Shown in pieces: positions 1 through 7,956 of a stretch of DNA of 64,000 nucleotides (positions are counted from its first letter, which is position 1; every line of letters starts with the position of its first letter). The DNA is from a virus. Its lineage: Duplodnaviria; Heunggongvirae; Uroviricota; Caudoviricetes. The DNA is taken from positions 1-64,000 of IMG/VR virus record IMGVR_UViG_3300046691_000084; one strand, given 5' to 3'. The position numbers were made by a program, and so were the translations under genes. The notes beneath the pieces were generated by a model. The model ran no database searches, was not told the DNA's origin, and saw only the letters and a program-made list of their open reading frames with translations.

Positions 1-106
1 AGAGATCAGATTGGAGCGCATGAGCTGCTCTACTGGCTTGACGTTCAGGTAGGTACGGCCTTCGTGCTGGAAGTAGTTAGATACTGGAGTAGTCACAGAG
101 TTCACC

Positions 107-736
107 TTAGATTGCGAATGGAGTCGCTTTGATTTTCTTAATGAGAGTATAAGCCAAGAGGGCATATTGCTCTTCCGTCATTACTGAGCCGGTACAGTCA
201 AGGTCTGTCGCTTTGACATCACGAGGCATGTACATCGAAGTCTTTACGTCAGTATCGGCATACTGAACTAGACCAAGAACGCACTCTTCCGAGACGCGTA
301 ACGTGTGAATGTCTTGAGGCACCACACGGTAACTATTACAATCACCATTCGCCCAATACTGGCGAGATTCGATCGCTGTTAATGCTACACCAGGCTTGCG
401 ACGAGTGCTAAAGCCGACATCAGGATTGACATACTTCGTTTCAAGCTGGTCAACGTTCAGACGTAAGGCCGCTGGATTGACACCAAACTTGATGTGATCG
501 ATAACGCCTTTAAGAACATAGGTATCGAACATGTAACGATGATTATGCGGATGAATGAGAAAGCCGCTATTACTATTCTCAGCATTATCCGTGATATGGT
601 ACAACTTGACCGTCATTGCTTCGCTACGATGCAGACACAAATAGTGCATGCCAATAGCGTGATGGTCCATACGCGAATGCTGCGCGAGTACTTTTGGATC
701 TGCCTGAAGTAGCAGGTTCTTGAAGAGTTCGATCAT
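107..736 (-). CDS. hypothetical protein, 209 aa, His-rich segment (HPHNHRY); possible cupin/dioxygenase-like
   Basis: Long minus-strand ORF tightly packed with downstream genes; no confident family assignment. Confidence 0.45.
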   Translation of the reverse strand: MIELFKNLLLQADPKVLAQHSRMDHHAIGMHYLCLHRSEAMTVKLYHITDNAENSNSGFLIHPHNHRYMFDTYVLKGVIDHIKFGVNPAALRLNVDQLETKYVNPDVGFSTRRKPGVALTAIESRQYWANGDCNSYRVVPQDIHTLRVSEECVLGLVQYADTDVKTSMYMPRDVKATDLDCTGSVMTEEQYALLAYTLIKKIKATPFAI

Positions 737-942
737 GCTTGTTCCTTAGCTGCAGCAACCATGCGCTTAGCAAAGTCAGAATTGCCGCCGACGTAGTGTT
801 TAGTTTCGAGGTCATATACAGCGCTATCTCGTATCTCATTAGCCAGACGCATAGCGTTAGCCTTGTTCGAGTAACAGTGAGTGATTGGTGTGCCGTTTGC
901 TGCAGAGCCAGTCACTTTATAACGATTAACATTTGCCATCAC
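733..942 (-). CDS. hypothetical small protein, 69 aa
   Basis: Minus-strand ORF; 4-nt overlap with neighbour (ATGA-type coupling). Confidence 0.4.
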   Translation of the reverse strand: MMANVNRYKVTGSAANGTPITHCYSNKANAMRLANEIRDSAVYDLETKHYVGGNSDFAKRMVAAAKEQA

Positions 943-1165
943 AAGGGTCCTTACGAACTTTAAGAGGAGTCAACTCATAATGTGCTTGAACAATCCAGAT
1001 ATTACCTGGGCGGTACTTGTTACGGTCTTCGCAGACTTCTACAGCCTTTTCGATCTTAGAGATGCCTGTAGAATGGATCTCATTGCAGACTCCACCATCG
1101 CTCTTACGATAGCTGCGAACGACGTAGGTGATGTCAACCTTCTGGTTCATTTCAAATACCGGCAT
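926..1165 (-). CDS. hypothetical small protein, 79 aa
   Basis: Minus-strand ORF in operon-like packing. Confidence 0.4.
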   Translation of the reverse strand: MPVFEMNQKVDITYVVRSYRKSDGGVCNEIHSTGISKIEKAVEVCEDRNKYRPGNIWIVQAHYELTPLKVRKDPCDGKC

Positions 1166-1386
1166 TATTTAGCCTTCTCCACACCTTGAGGCATGCTTGC
1201 AAGAGGGTCGTCCTCGTACTTACTAAGGATGTACTGGACTTCACCTGAGGCATAGCCGTGGCCATGGAGAGGTGTTGCATGAGCTACGTGCCAGCCAGCA
1301 TCTAAAAGATCTTGTATAGCATTACGGCCCCGTTCTTCGTTCTGGAACACAGAAACAATCTTCTGCAAAATCATCCGAAGCTCCAT
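1165..1386 (-). CDS. hypothetical small protein, 73 aa
   Basis: Minus-strand ORF sharing a boundary nucleotide with 926..1165. Confidence 0.4.
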   Translation of the reverse strand: MELRMILQKIVSVFQNEERGRNAIQDLLDAGWHVAHATPLHGHGYASGEVQYILSKYEDDPLASMPQGVEKAK

Positions 1387-1414
1387 TTAAAAGGCCACCC
1401 AATTAAGGATGGCC
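1386..1414 (-). terminator. weak hairpin (GGCCA/TGGCC) followed by TTTTAAA on the minus strand, overlapping the start of 1165..1386
   Basis: Inverted repeat at 1393-1397 / 1410-1414 then a T/A run; overlaps the RBS/start so could be translational rather than transcriptional. Confidence 0.25.
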
Positions 1415-1423
1415 GGATTGTTC

Positions 1424-2290
1424 TTACTGTTTGCTCAGGAAAGGTATTGCAGCATTCGGAATCATGCTTGTAGGCAACACACCGTTCCAGGCAGCAGCTT
1501 TGGTATATTCAACCAATTGAGCGTTCGATGCCAGAGCAGCGGCTTTAGCACTGATTGCAGCGGCTTCAGCTTCACCGAGAGCGCGAATACCTTTGGCTTC
1601 AGCTTCTGCTTTCTTGAACTGTGAGTCAGCTTCAGCTTGAGCCTTTGCTACAGCCATTTTGTTGTCGATATCGGCAGCTTCTTTCTGTTGGCCTTTAGTG
1701 AGAACCAACTGAGTAGCAACCATCTTGTCAGAAATCGACTTCATGTATGTAGGGTTGAACACCACACGTTCAATCTGAACACTATCAATCAACAAAGCAC
1801 CAGCGGTAGCTTTCACCATACGCTCAGTCATTGTAGCGATAGGGCCGTTCGCATTCTGAGTTGCTGCAGTAGCAGTGTATTCACCAAAGGTATTCTTCAG
1901 CTCAGTAGGCACCACACGGTTGATCACACGACTGGTGACACCATCTACGTTCTTGTATTTCTTGTAGATGTTATCTACTGCGCCTGGATCGATGTGCCAT
2001 GATACAGATACCTTGACCACAGCAGGCTGAGTGTCATTGCTCAATACCGGCAGATCTTCGAAGGTGTTGGTAAAGCTCTGAACTGAGATTTCACGTACTG
2101 TGTCCACGAAAGGACGTTTCCAATGAAGACCAGGCTCAACGGTTTCTGTATAGGCACCGTTACGAAGAACAACCCCACGCTCTGTTTCATCGATAGTATA
2201 GAAGCTACCGAGGATGAGCATAATCAAGATCATGCCTACTGCGGCACTGATGATGGATTTGATAGGGTTCTTCAAGAATACTTCTTTCAT
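1424..2290 (-). CDS. SPFH/band-7 (prohibitin/HflK-like) domain membrane protein, 288 aa
   Basis: N-terminal TM helix, then ETERGVVLRNG...PGLHWKRPFVD...ISVQ stretch typical of the PHB/SPFH domain; Ala/Glu/Lys-rich coiled-coil C-terminus. Confidence 0.6.
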   Translation of the reverse strand: MKEVFLKNPIKSIISAAVGMILIMLILGSFYTIDETERGVVLRNGAYTETVEPGLHWKRPFVDTVREISVQSFTNTFEDLPVLSNDTQPAVVKVSVSWHIDPGAVDNIYKKYKNVDGVTSRVINRVVPTELKNTFGEYTATAATQNANGPIATMTERMVKATAGALLIDSVQIERVVFNPTYMKSISDKMVATQLVLTKGQQKEAADIDNKMAVAKAQAEADSQFKKAEAEAKGIRALGEAEAAAISAKAAALASNAQLVEYTKAAAWNGVLPTSMIPNAAIPFLSKQ

Positions 2291-2344
2291 TTCATGTCCT
2301 TAGAACGAAAAATAAATGGAGAGGTGAACCCTTTAAAGCCGGTT

Positions 2345-2360
2345 CAGGGCTATGTGAAAC
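2345..2360 (-). promoter_or_regulatory. recurrent motif C copy (GGCTATGTGAA on plus; TTCACATAGCC on coding strand)
   Basis: One of three near-identical intergenic copies (2345, 32281, 35896), each with a TTTAAA element nearby. Confidence 0.3.
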
Positions 2361-2400
2361 AATTTAAAAGGCCTCCCAAGAGCTACTCAGGAGGCCTTTC
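2361..2400 (-). terminator. rho-independent terminator (bidirectional-looking)
   Basis: Perfect 8-bp stem AGGCCTCC / GGAGGCCT (2369-2376 / 2390-2397) with a 13-nt loop, flanked by AAAA on plus, so TTTT follows the stem on the minus strand; lies after the stop of 2424..3017. Confidence 0.55.
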
Positions 2401-2423
2401 ATTTGTTACAGCAGAACTACTGA

Positions 2424-3017
2424 TTACTCAGCTTGTTCTTCTTCCGACTTGCCACCAGCGGCCAGAGCAGCTTTCTCGTCAGCTTTCTTTTGACGGTAAG
2501 CAGCCAGAGCATCCTGGGCTTTCGGGTTGACTTGGCGCTTTTCAACACCAGCCTTGTAGCTTTCCAGGATTGCATCTTTCTGAGCCAGGATCCAGTCAAC
2601 CAGTTCACCGTTATTTTCGGTGGCCAGCATCAGGGTATTGCGAGCAGCAACAGCCTTGGCTTCGTCGTCCATACGCTTAACCGAAGGCCAGCGGAACGAT
2701 TCTTTGACAGCATCAGCGCTTTCGATCAGGAACAGCAGATCTTTGTGAATACCTTTGTCCAGGCCTTTCAAAGCTTCGCAGGCTTTTTCCAAACGCTTGG
2801 TTTCAGATTTGGTCACACGGCGGATGGTGCCGGTTTCGAAGGCATTTTCCACGGTTTCCTGATTAGCCAACAGCCAATCGCCCAATTCAGCGCGACCGCC
2901 AGTCACAGCTTTCAGAGCAGCCAGGATCTTCGGACGGCGCAGGTGAGCCATAGCTTCTGCTTTGGTGGAGAAAGTTTGGCCGTCTGGAGTGGAGAATACT
3001 TGGCGAAGTTCGGTCAT
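2424..3017 (-). CDS. hypothetical protein, 197 aa, Ala/Glu/Lys-rich
   Basis: Minus ORF preceded ~75 nt upstream by motif B; followed by a terminator. Confidence 0.5.
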   Translation of the reverse strand: MTELRQVFSTPDGQTFSTKAEAMAHLRRPKILAALKAVTGGRAELGDWLLANQETVENAFETGTIRRVTKSETKRLEKACEALKGLDKGIHKDLLFLIESADAVKESFRWPSVKRMDDEAKAVAARNTLMLATENNGELVDWILAQKDAILESYKAGVEKRQVNPKAQDALAAYRQKKADEKAALAAGGKSEEEQAE

Positions 3018-3089
3018 TTTATATACTCTTTGAATTAGATCTGAAGATTAGATCTGAAATGATGATGAAAGGCTCTGGATAGAGCTCTT

Positions 3090-3114
3090 CCATATAAGAT
3101 ACCCATTTTCCCGC
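3090..3114 (-). promoter_or_regulatory. motif B copy 1 (plus: CCATATAAGATACCCATTTTCCCGC)
   Basis: About 25-nt element conserved at 3090, 16878 and 34796, each 30-75 nt upstream of a minus-strand gene start; candidate phage-RNAP promoter. Confidence 0.4.
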
Positions 3115-3268
3115 AGTGGGTTAAGCGCTGAAGCTTGCCTGACGACGTTGCTTACCGGACTTACCAGTCAGCGGGTGCTTACCCACGACGTGCTTATTCG
3201 GATGGAGCTTGGTCGGATGATCAGGCAGTACAAACGGAGCATGCTCTTTTGTCGCATCGTAGTAACGA
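3114..3268 (-). CDS. possible short ORF (~51 aa, MNRYYDATKEHAPFVLPDHPTKLHPNKHVVGKHPLTGKSGKQRRQASFSA) below the ORF-track cutoff
   Basis: Hand-translated from the minus strand; fills an otherwise 257-nt gap; basic C-terminus. Confidence 0.2.
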
Positions 3269-3274
3269 TTCATT

Positions 3275-3565
3275 TCAGGATACCTTTGCGCGGAAACGAT
3301 CTTCAGTCAGGAGGAAACCAAACAGCGGCCAGAGCTTACGGAAAGCGTCTTCACGAGAATACTTCTCGCCGAGAGCTTCATCAAAGTTCGCTGGATCGAC
3401 ACAAGCCGATTCGCCACGGACTTCGAACCCGTTGTCAATAGACAGCTGACAGATGGTTGCTGTGGTACCTGGCAATTGCCAGTAGACTGTCTTCACGATT
3501 CTTGCTTCGATAGCTTCAACGGTTACTTTATTAGGCAACGCAGATGTTTCTTGCATTTGGCTCAT
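3275..3565 (-). CDS. hypothetical protein, 96 aa
   Basis: Minus ORF; motif A lies 40 nt upstream of its start. Confidence 0.45.
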   Translation of the reverse strand: MSQMQETSALPNKVTVEAIEARIVKTVYWQLPGTTATICQLSIDNGFEVRGESACVDPANFDEALGEKYSREDAFRKLWPLFGFLLTEDRFRAKVS

Positions 3566-3604
3566 CGTCTCGAAAACTCACTGACCGGACGGGATGTCCT
3601 TTCA

Positions 3605-3624
3605 GGGTTAAGTTAACGGGCTTG
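3605..3624 (-). promoter_or_regulatory. motif A copy 1 (plus: GGGTTAAGTTAACGGGCTTG; coding strand CAAGCCCGTTAACTTAACCC)
   Basis: Identical 20-mer at 3605, 35872 and 56927, plus a close variant at 27426; all intergenic and all upstream of minus-strand genes. Confidence 0.45.
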
Positions 3625-3637
3625 CCGGTGCAAAAAT

Positions 3638-3937
3638 TCACGCTGCGCTCTGAGTCCTCCTACGGCCACGCATGTCGAGCGGTCGGCTGACACGGATGAC
3701 GGACGCCCGGACGGCGGCAGAACGCCCCTCATACGTGAGACTCAAGTGTCCCTCAAATACCAATTCGATGACGATAGGTGAAGTCGCTTTCACAACGCAA
3801 GATTCGCAGATCCATTGTTGTGTCTTCGGCCTATCGAGTACTGGAAGGTATAAGCCTAGCGGCTTCTGAGCTTGACGACATACAGCACACATACGTGTAC
3901 CATGTGGAGTGTGATAGCTGTTAGATGTTGCAGACAT
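3638..3937 (-). CDS. hypothetical Cys-rich protein, 99 aa (CxxC...CxxC; possible zinc ribbon)
   Basis: Minus ORF with two CxxC pairs. Confidence 0.4.
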   Translation of the reverse strand: MSATSNSYHTPHGTRMCAVCRQAQKPLGLYLPVLDRPKTQQWICESCVVKATSPIVIELVFEGHLSLTYEGRSAAVRASVIRVSRPLDMRGRRRTQSAA

Positions 3938-3946
3938 GATTAACCC

Positions 3947-4255
3947 TTATTTTAGGTTATTCCACAGCCCTGAGAAATGATCACCATTAATAGCGAACCG
4001 AGTCTTCAAGAAGTTTTGAGTTTGACGATCAAAGCAGAAAGCTGACATGAGCATCATTTCACGAGGCGAATTATTAATGGTCTGTGCCATGGCTCGTTTC
4101 AGATGATCAAGGTTCAGGAACACATAGCTCATCTCCTCAGTACGAACTACGACATGCTCTCGAAGATCAAGAACAAAACCGTACTCATTACCTACAGCAA
4201 AGAGATTTTCATAGCGTTCAATTGCATCGATTAGAGGTGTAGATGTGACTGTCAT
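3947..4255 (-). CDS. hypothetical protein, 102 aa
   Basis: Minus ORF, 2-nt gap to neighbour. Confidence 0.45.
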   Translation of the reverse strand: MTVTSTPLIDAIERYENLFAVGNEYGFVLDLREHVVVRTEEMSYVFLNLDHLKRAMAQTINNSPREMMLMSAFCFDRQTQNFLKTRFAINGDHFSGLWNNLK

Positions 4256-4256
4256 T

Positions 4257-5114
4257 TTAAACCCTTGCCAAAGTGTTGTTACGATCTACTTTGAAGCCTG
4301 CAGCGTTACGATGGCCGCCACCACCATAAAGCTTAGCAACTGCAGATACATCTTCTCCACTGTCATTCGATCGGAGCGAAAAAGCTCGTCCTGACTCAGT
4401 ATCAAAGTATGTAGCGGCGAAAGGCTTACCCTGAGAGAGTTTATTACCCACATCAGAGGCCAGCCATCCATTAGCGCATGCACAAGGTACCAAGTAACCA
4501 CCGATATTGACTTCACGAACACATTGGTCAATCACAGAGTCCACATCTTTCATGTGCTTCTCGAGCAGTGCGGTGCCCATTGCTAACACCAAATCTAGGT
4601 CTTTACGAACTGTAAAGATGGCTTCAGCAATGAATTCGAAGGTGAGCTCTTTGGAGAAGAACCACGCCATGATCGTCTTGGTGTCTTTGTGATAGAACTT
4701 CCACAGGTCGCGATCCTGGATATGCTCCAACAGTTGAGGCATTGCCTTGTATGGATGTACGTACTTCCAGGCGATAGCACAACCAGATTTCTCTGTGGTG
4801 CAATTCGTCATATTCATCTTCGGATGGTTAGCCAGAGGCGCCAGATCCTTAAGAGCACTTACATGGTGATCTAGCACTGTCACCTTGTTGGCAATCTTCA
4901 GAATGTCTTCCATGATGGCACGTGGAACAGAGAAGTCCAGGAAGTACACATCACGACCTTCATAGTTCTCCAGAGCACCTTGATAGATGCCGGGAACATA
5001 TTCCATCGCATTGCCATACGTGTGCCAAAAGACCCAAGCAGCAGCCATACCATCAGCACAATGAGCATGGTAAATCACAACAGGACGCAGATCCATCAGA
5101 AGCCTCTTTTCCAA
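4257..5114 (-). CDS. DHH/DHHA1-family phosphoesterase (NrnA/RecJ-like), 285 aa
   Basis: Motif I IYHAHCADG (H-x-H-x-x-D-G), motif III VLDHHV (DHH), and the C-terminal GGGH signature of DHHA1 (KLYGGGGHRNAAGF). Confidence 0.7.
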   Translation of the reverse strand: MEKRLLMDLRPVVIYHAHCADGMAAAWVFWHTYGNAMEYVPGIYQGALENYEGRDVYFLDFSVPRAIMEDILKIANKVTVLDHHVSALKDLAPLANHPKMNMTNCTTEKSGCAIAWKYVHPYKAMPQLLEHIQDRDLWKFYHKDTKTIMAWFFSKELTFEFIAEAIFTVRKDLDLVLAMGTALLEKHMKDVDSVIDQCVREVNIGGYLVPCACANGWLASDVGNKLSQGKPFAATYFDTESGRAFSLRSNDSGEDVSAVAKLYGGGGHRNAAGFKVDRNNTLARV

Positions 5115-5210
5115 GAATAATTTGTAATATCGTAGTCATGCGGGTGTTTTGAGTCTAAGTGGCAGCCATCAGTTGGATACCAACGAACTACACCATCTGA
5201 ATCAACTGTT

Positions 5211-5441
5211 CTAATTGACCGTATCAGGCCGTCCAGAAACAGTGTCACCTTGACATACGATTGGTCCCTTCTTCGGAACATTGCGCCGATGCTTTCTGCG
5301 CTTAGGAGCTTTTTGAGTGGCACTATTATTATCCTTCTTACAATCTGAACATTCGCGAGTGTAGCCAACATCCGCGCCTATGTAGCAAAGACATTGCGAA
5401 CAGTGTGAACCATCTGCTACGTTATCTTCGAAGAAACTCAT
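5211..5441 (-). CDS. hypothetical Cys-rich small protein, 76 aa (alternative to the overlapping 5096..5371 ORF)
   Basis: CSQCLC...ECSDC pattern; two mutually exclusive frames here and I cannot decide which is real. Confidence 0.3.
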   Translation of the reverse strand: MSFFEDNVADGSHCSQCLCYIGADVGYTRECSDCKKDNNSATQKAPKRRKHRRNVPKKGPIVCQGDTVSGRPDTVN

Positions 5442-5648
5442 GTGTATCCTTAGATCGGGTTGTACTGTTTCAAAGTCACCGCACCAGTATCTGTCTCGAT
5501 ATCAAACCACCATAGCACTGGATGATTTGGATCTTCAATCAGTTTATTCGAAGACCAATCCCAACGCCATACAGTACAGTCAATGAACGACGATACTGAG
5601 TAGAAACTGCAATCTGCTGCAATGTATGAGCAAGCAGGTGGTAAACGA

Positions 5649-6338
5649 CTACCAGCCTTCCATAGGGAATTCAAGGTAGACCTGAGCATTTCTTCTGTAT
5701 TCGTTTGTACAGGTACTAGCCCTTTCTGTGTCCCAGCTGACGCGACCAAACCACCGCCAGCCATTACTAATAGCTCGGGTTGCTTGATGAAAAGTTTGCC
5801 AATCGAAATGGACCAGAGTCCTATCAGGAGTAGAAACACTACTAAGCTCGCCAGTATCAACAGCACGCTGTATATGTCGATGCCACTCTTTGTAAATGAC
5901 AGCATCATCCGGTAGTCCAGGAAGCTCGATATCCCCAATAGCAAATTGAGTAGGAGCAGTCTCGGCATTGACAAGGCCAAGAATATGCGAAGACCGGTAA
6001 CGAGGGCTGTCATAATCAGGTTGTCCTGCTGTAGCAAAATGTTGACCAACTGGAATTGGCGGGCGTGGTACATCATCGTGGTGAAAACCAGGAATAGCTG
6101 GAAACCATCCAGGCATTAGCATATGAACACGGCTATCAAAGACAGCTGGCACATAATACAAATGTTTTGGTAAGTTCTCGATGAATGATCTGGTGATCGG
6201 GCCTCCGTTCTTATAAGCAAAGTCTAAGTTGGCATTGAAGAACATAGGCTCTTCTTTGATTTCTCTATTATCGACTCTTTGTGCAAAGGGCCTTAACGTC
6301 TCTATACGAGAGCTAAAGAAGTATTCTTTACAGTCCAT
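5649..6338 (-). CDS. hypothetical protein, 229 aa; possible 2OG-Fe(II) oxygenase-like (HHDD...H)
   Basis: Long minus ORF with diverse composition; GFHHDD and WHRH motifs loosely resemble an H-x-D...H facial triad. Confidence 0.5.
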   Translation of the reverse strand: MDCKEYFFSSRIETLRPFAQRVDNREIKEEPMFFNANLDFAYKNGGPITRSFIENLPKHLYYVPAVFDSRVHMLMPGWFPAIPGFHHDDVPRPPIPVGQHFATAGQPDYDSPRYRSSHILGLVNAETAPTQFAIGDIELPGLPDDAVIYKEWHRHIQRAVDTGELSSVSTPDRTLVHFDWQTFHQATRAISNGWRWFGRVSWDTERASTCTNEYRRNAQVYLEFPMEGW

Positions 6339-6339
6339 G

Positions 6340-6564
6340 CTATTCCTTAATGGTTAATTTTCCAAGAAGAGCTTGAGCTTCATCAATGCTCTTTAACGTA
6401 ATTAACTTCTGCTCATAGTCGCGATAGTCACCGCCGCCGTTCCCATAAGATGGGTCATACCATCTTTGACCACATTCTACAATGTCATAGACCACATATG
6501 GCTGCCTGAAGAACGGTTTCACCAAACGCGGGGATATCTTCAGAGTTGGTTCCATAGAGCACAT
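6340..6564 (-). CDS. hypothetical protein, 74 aa
   Basis: Minus ORF 2 nt downstream of the 5649..6338 start. Confidence 0.45.
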   Translation of the reverse strand: MCSMEPTLKISPRLVKPFFRQPYVVYDIVECGQRWYDPSYGNGGGDYRDYEQKLITLKSIDEAQALLGKLTIKE

Positions 6565-6576
6565 TAGAACTCCAAA

Positions 6577-6605
6577 GGCACCACAAAGAGCTATTTCATG
6601 GTGCC
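6577..6605 (-). terminator. possible hairpin terminator (GGCACCA / TGGTGCC, 7-bp stem)
   Basis: Inverted repeat after the stop of 6613..7632; weak T-tract (TTTGGAG). Confidence 0.3.
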
Positions 6606-6612
6606 GACATGA

Positions 6613-7632
6613 TTAGTCGAAGATTGTGTCTACGATCGAAGCAATATAAGTGCTATCAATCTTAGTGCCAGGCTCAGCAGCTGAAATCGCTTGAATCAGC
6701 TGGAACATGTATGCAGTATCCACACCAATAAGCTGTTCACGAAGTACTCTAGGATTCTTTAGATCAAGCTCATTGACTTGCCATACAATTTTGAGAATCT
6801 GCCCTGCCGTAATACTCCAGCCACGACGCATGAACTTCCGCATCCGAAACAAGGAACAGATGGGGTACAAGGAGCCACGATAGATAAGATTCTTCCCGAG
6901 GATGGACTCCATTGCTTCAGGATGCAAATTAAGCACATCTGCAGCGTAGTCGTACGAACACATTGAGTGAGCGTAGTCATAGTTTTTGTAGATCTCATCA
7001 GGCTCGCCATAGAAACGCATAACCATCTGGACACGGTCAGACAGTGTGATAGCATTGTCACTGAAGAATACAGGACGAAACTTTTTCTTATGCCCACGAA
7101 GATCTTGTTTTAGCTGTTCAGCATCGACCATTGGATCGGGGACATTAGTGTCCATGAACTCACTGGCAGATTGTTGTTCTGGATCCTGGTCACCATACTG
7201 CAATGATGCGGCAAAGTCTTCAGTATTCTGGCCTGCTTCGCCTTCAAAGTAGCGGTACTCAGTCTGCTCTTCACCCGCCACACCGGCGGATTTGATGTAG
7301 ATCACCACACGATTTTCCATCTCACCACGGATGTTAGGTGCAGTGATGATCTTGGCATATGGATTGCAACTCGCAATAGCCGTAGTCTTCAGCTGACCTT
7401 TAGTCTTGTTAAACTGCTCTGTATAATAATCAGCAACAGCCTTACAAGTATCCAAATCACGGAAATACAGATCGAAGTCCTTAGGACGTTCGTTCGATAG
7501 CATGCTGGCGATAGCACCACCACAGATCAGAAGATTCTTCTTCATCAGTTCTTGGACATTTGTGTCCTCAACCGACTCAATGATCTCTTTGACTTTTGCA
7601 CGCATTGCCATACGAATAGTGGACGATTTCAT
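6613..7632 (-). CDS. nucleotidyltransferase-fold (Pol-beta-type NTase) protein, 339 aa
   Basis: LLICGGAIASMLSNERPKDFDLYF matches G[GS]-x(9-13)-D-x-[DE] of Pol-beta superfamily NTases; the rest is unrecognised. Confidence 0.55.
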   Translation of the reverse strand: MKSSTIRMAMRAKVKEIIESVEDTNVQELMKKNLLICGGAIASMLSNERPKDFDLYFRDLDTCKAVADYYTEQFNKTKGQLKTTAIASCNPYAKIITAPNIRGEMENRVVIYIKSAGVAGEEQTEYRYFEGEAGQNTEDFAASLQYGDQDPEQQSASEFMDTNVPDPMVDAEQLKQDLRGHKKKFRPVFFSDNAITLSDRVQMVMRFYGEPDEIYKNYDYAHSMCSYDYAADVLNLHPEAMESILGKNLIYRGSLYPICSLFRMRKFMRRGWSITAGQILKIVWQVNELDLKNPRVLREQLIGVDTAYMFQLIQAISAAEPGTKIDSTYIASIVDTIFD

Positions 7633-7955
7633 TAACGCTTCCTGATTACTAGAGTTTTAGCGATTTGTTGTGAACTACCGCCGTAAGCCATTTTCATTAC
7701 GGCAATCTTAATATTGTCACGATTTGAGTGATGGAACTCAAAAGAATTACCACAGTACCACCAACGTCGTAGCCGTACTCTAGGTGTATATTGTGTACGA
7801 ACACAAGCTACATAACCGATTTTTAACAGGTCATCCCAAATATTAGTCTTTGGATTCGCCCAAGGGATTTTCTTAATATCCTCGCGCATTTGATCTACAG
7901 TCTCAACAGTTTGCTCATCGACCTTAGGCCAGTAAAACTTTCTGAGAAGTCCCAT
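7632..7955 (-). CDS. hypothetical protein (~108 aa if started at MGLLRKF)
   Basis: Track ORF 7632..8021; the internal ATG near 7955 gives an ATGA-type junction with the ligase stop at 7957. Confidence 0.45.
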   Translation of the reverse strand: MGLLRKFYWPKVDEQTVETVDQMREDIKKIPWANPKTNIWDDLLKIGYVACVRTQYTPRVRLRRWWYCGNSFEFHHSNRDNIKIAVMKMAYGGSSQQIAKTLVIRKR

Positions 7956-7956
7956 A

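Noticed and set aside
5450-6076. 208-aa ORF overlapping 5649..6338
   Set aside because: Its N-terminal two-thirds are Leu-rich and out of frame over a better gene. Only the last ~45 codons (5450-5590) look protein-like, so it is possibly a short real gene or a frameshifted extension; not called
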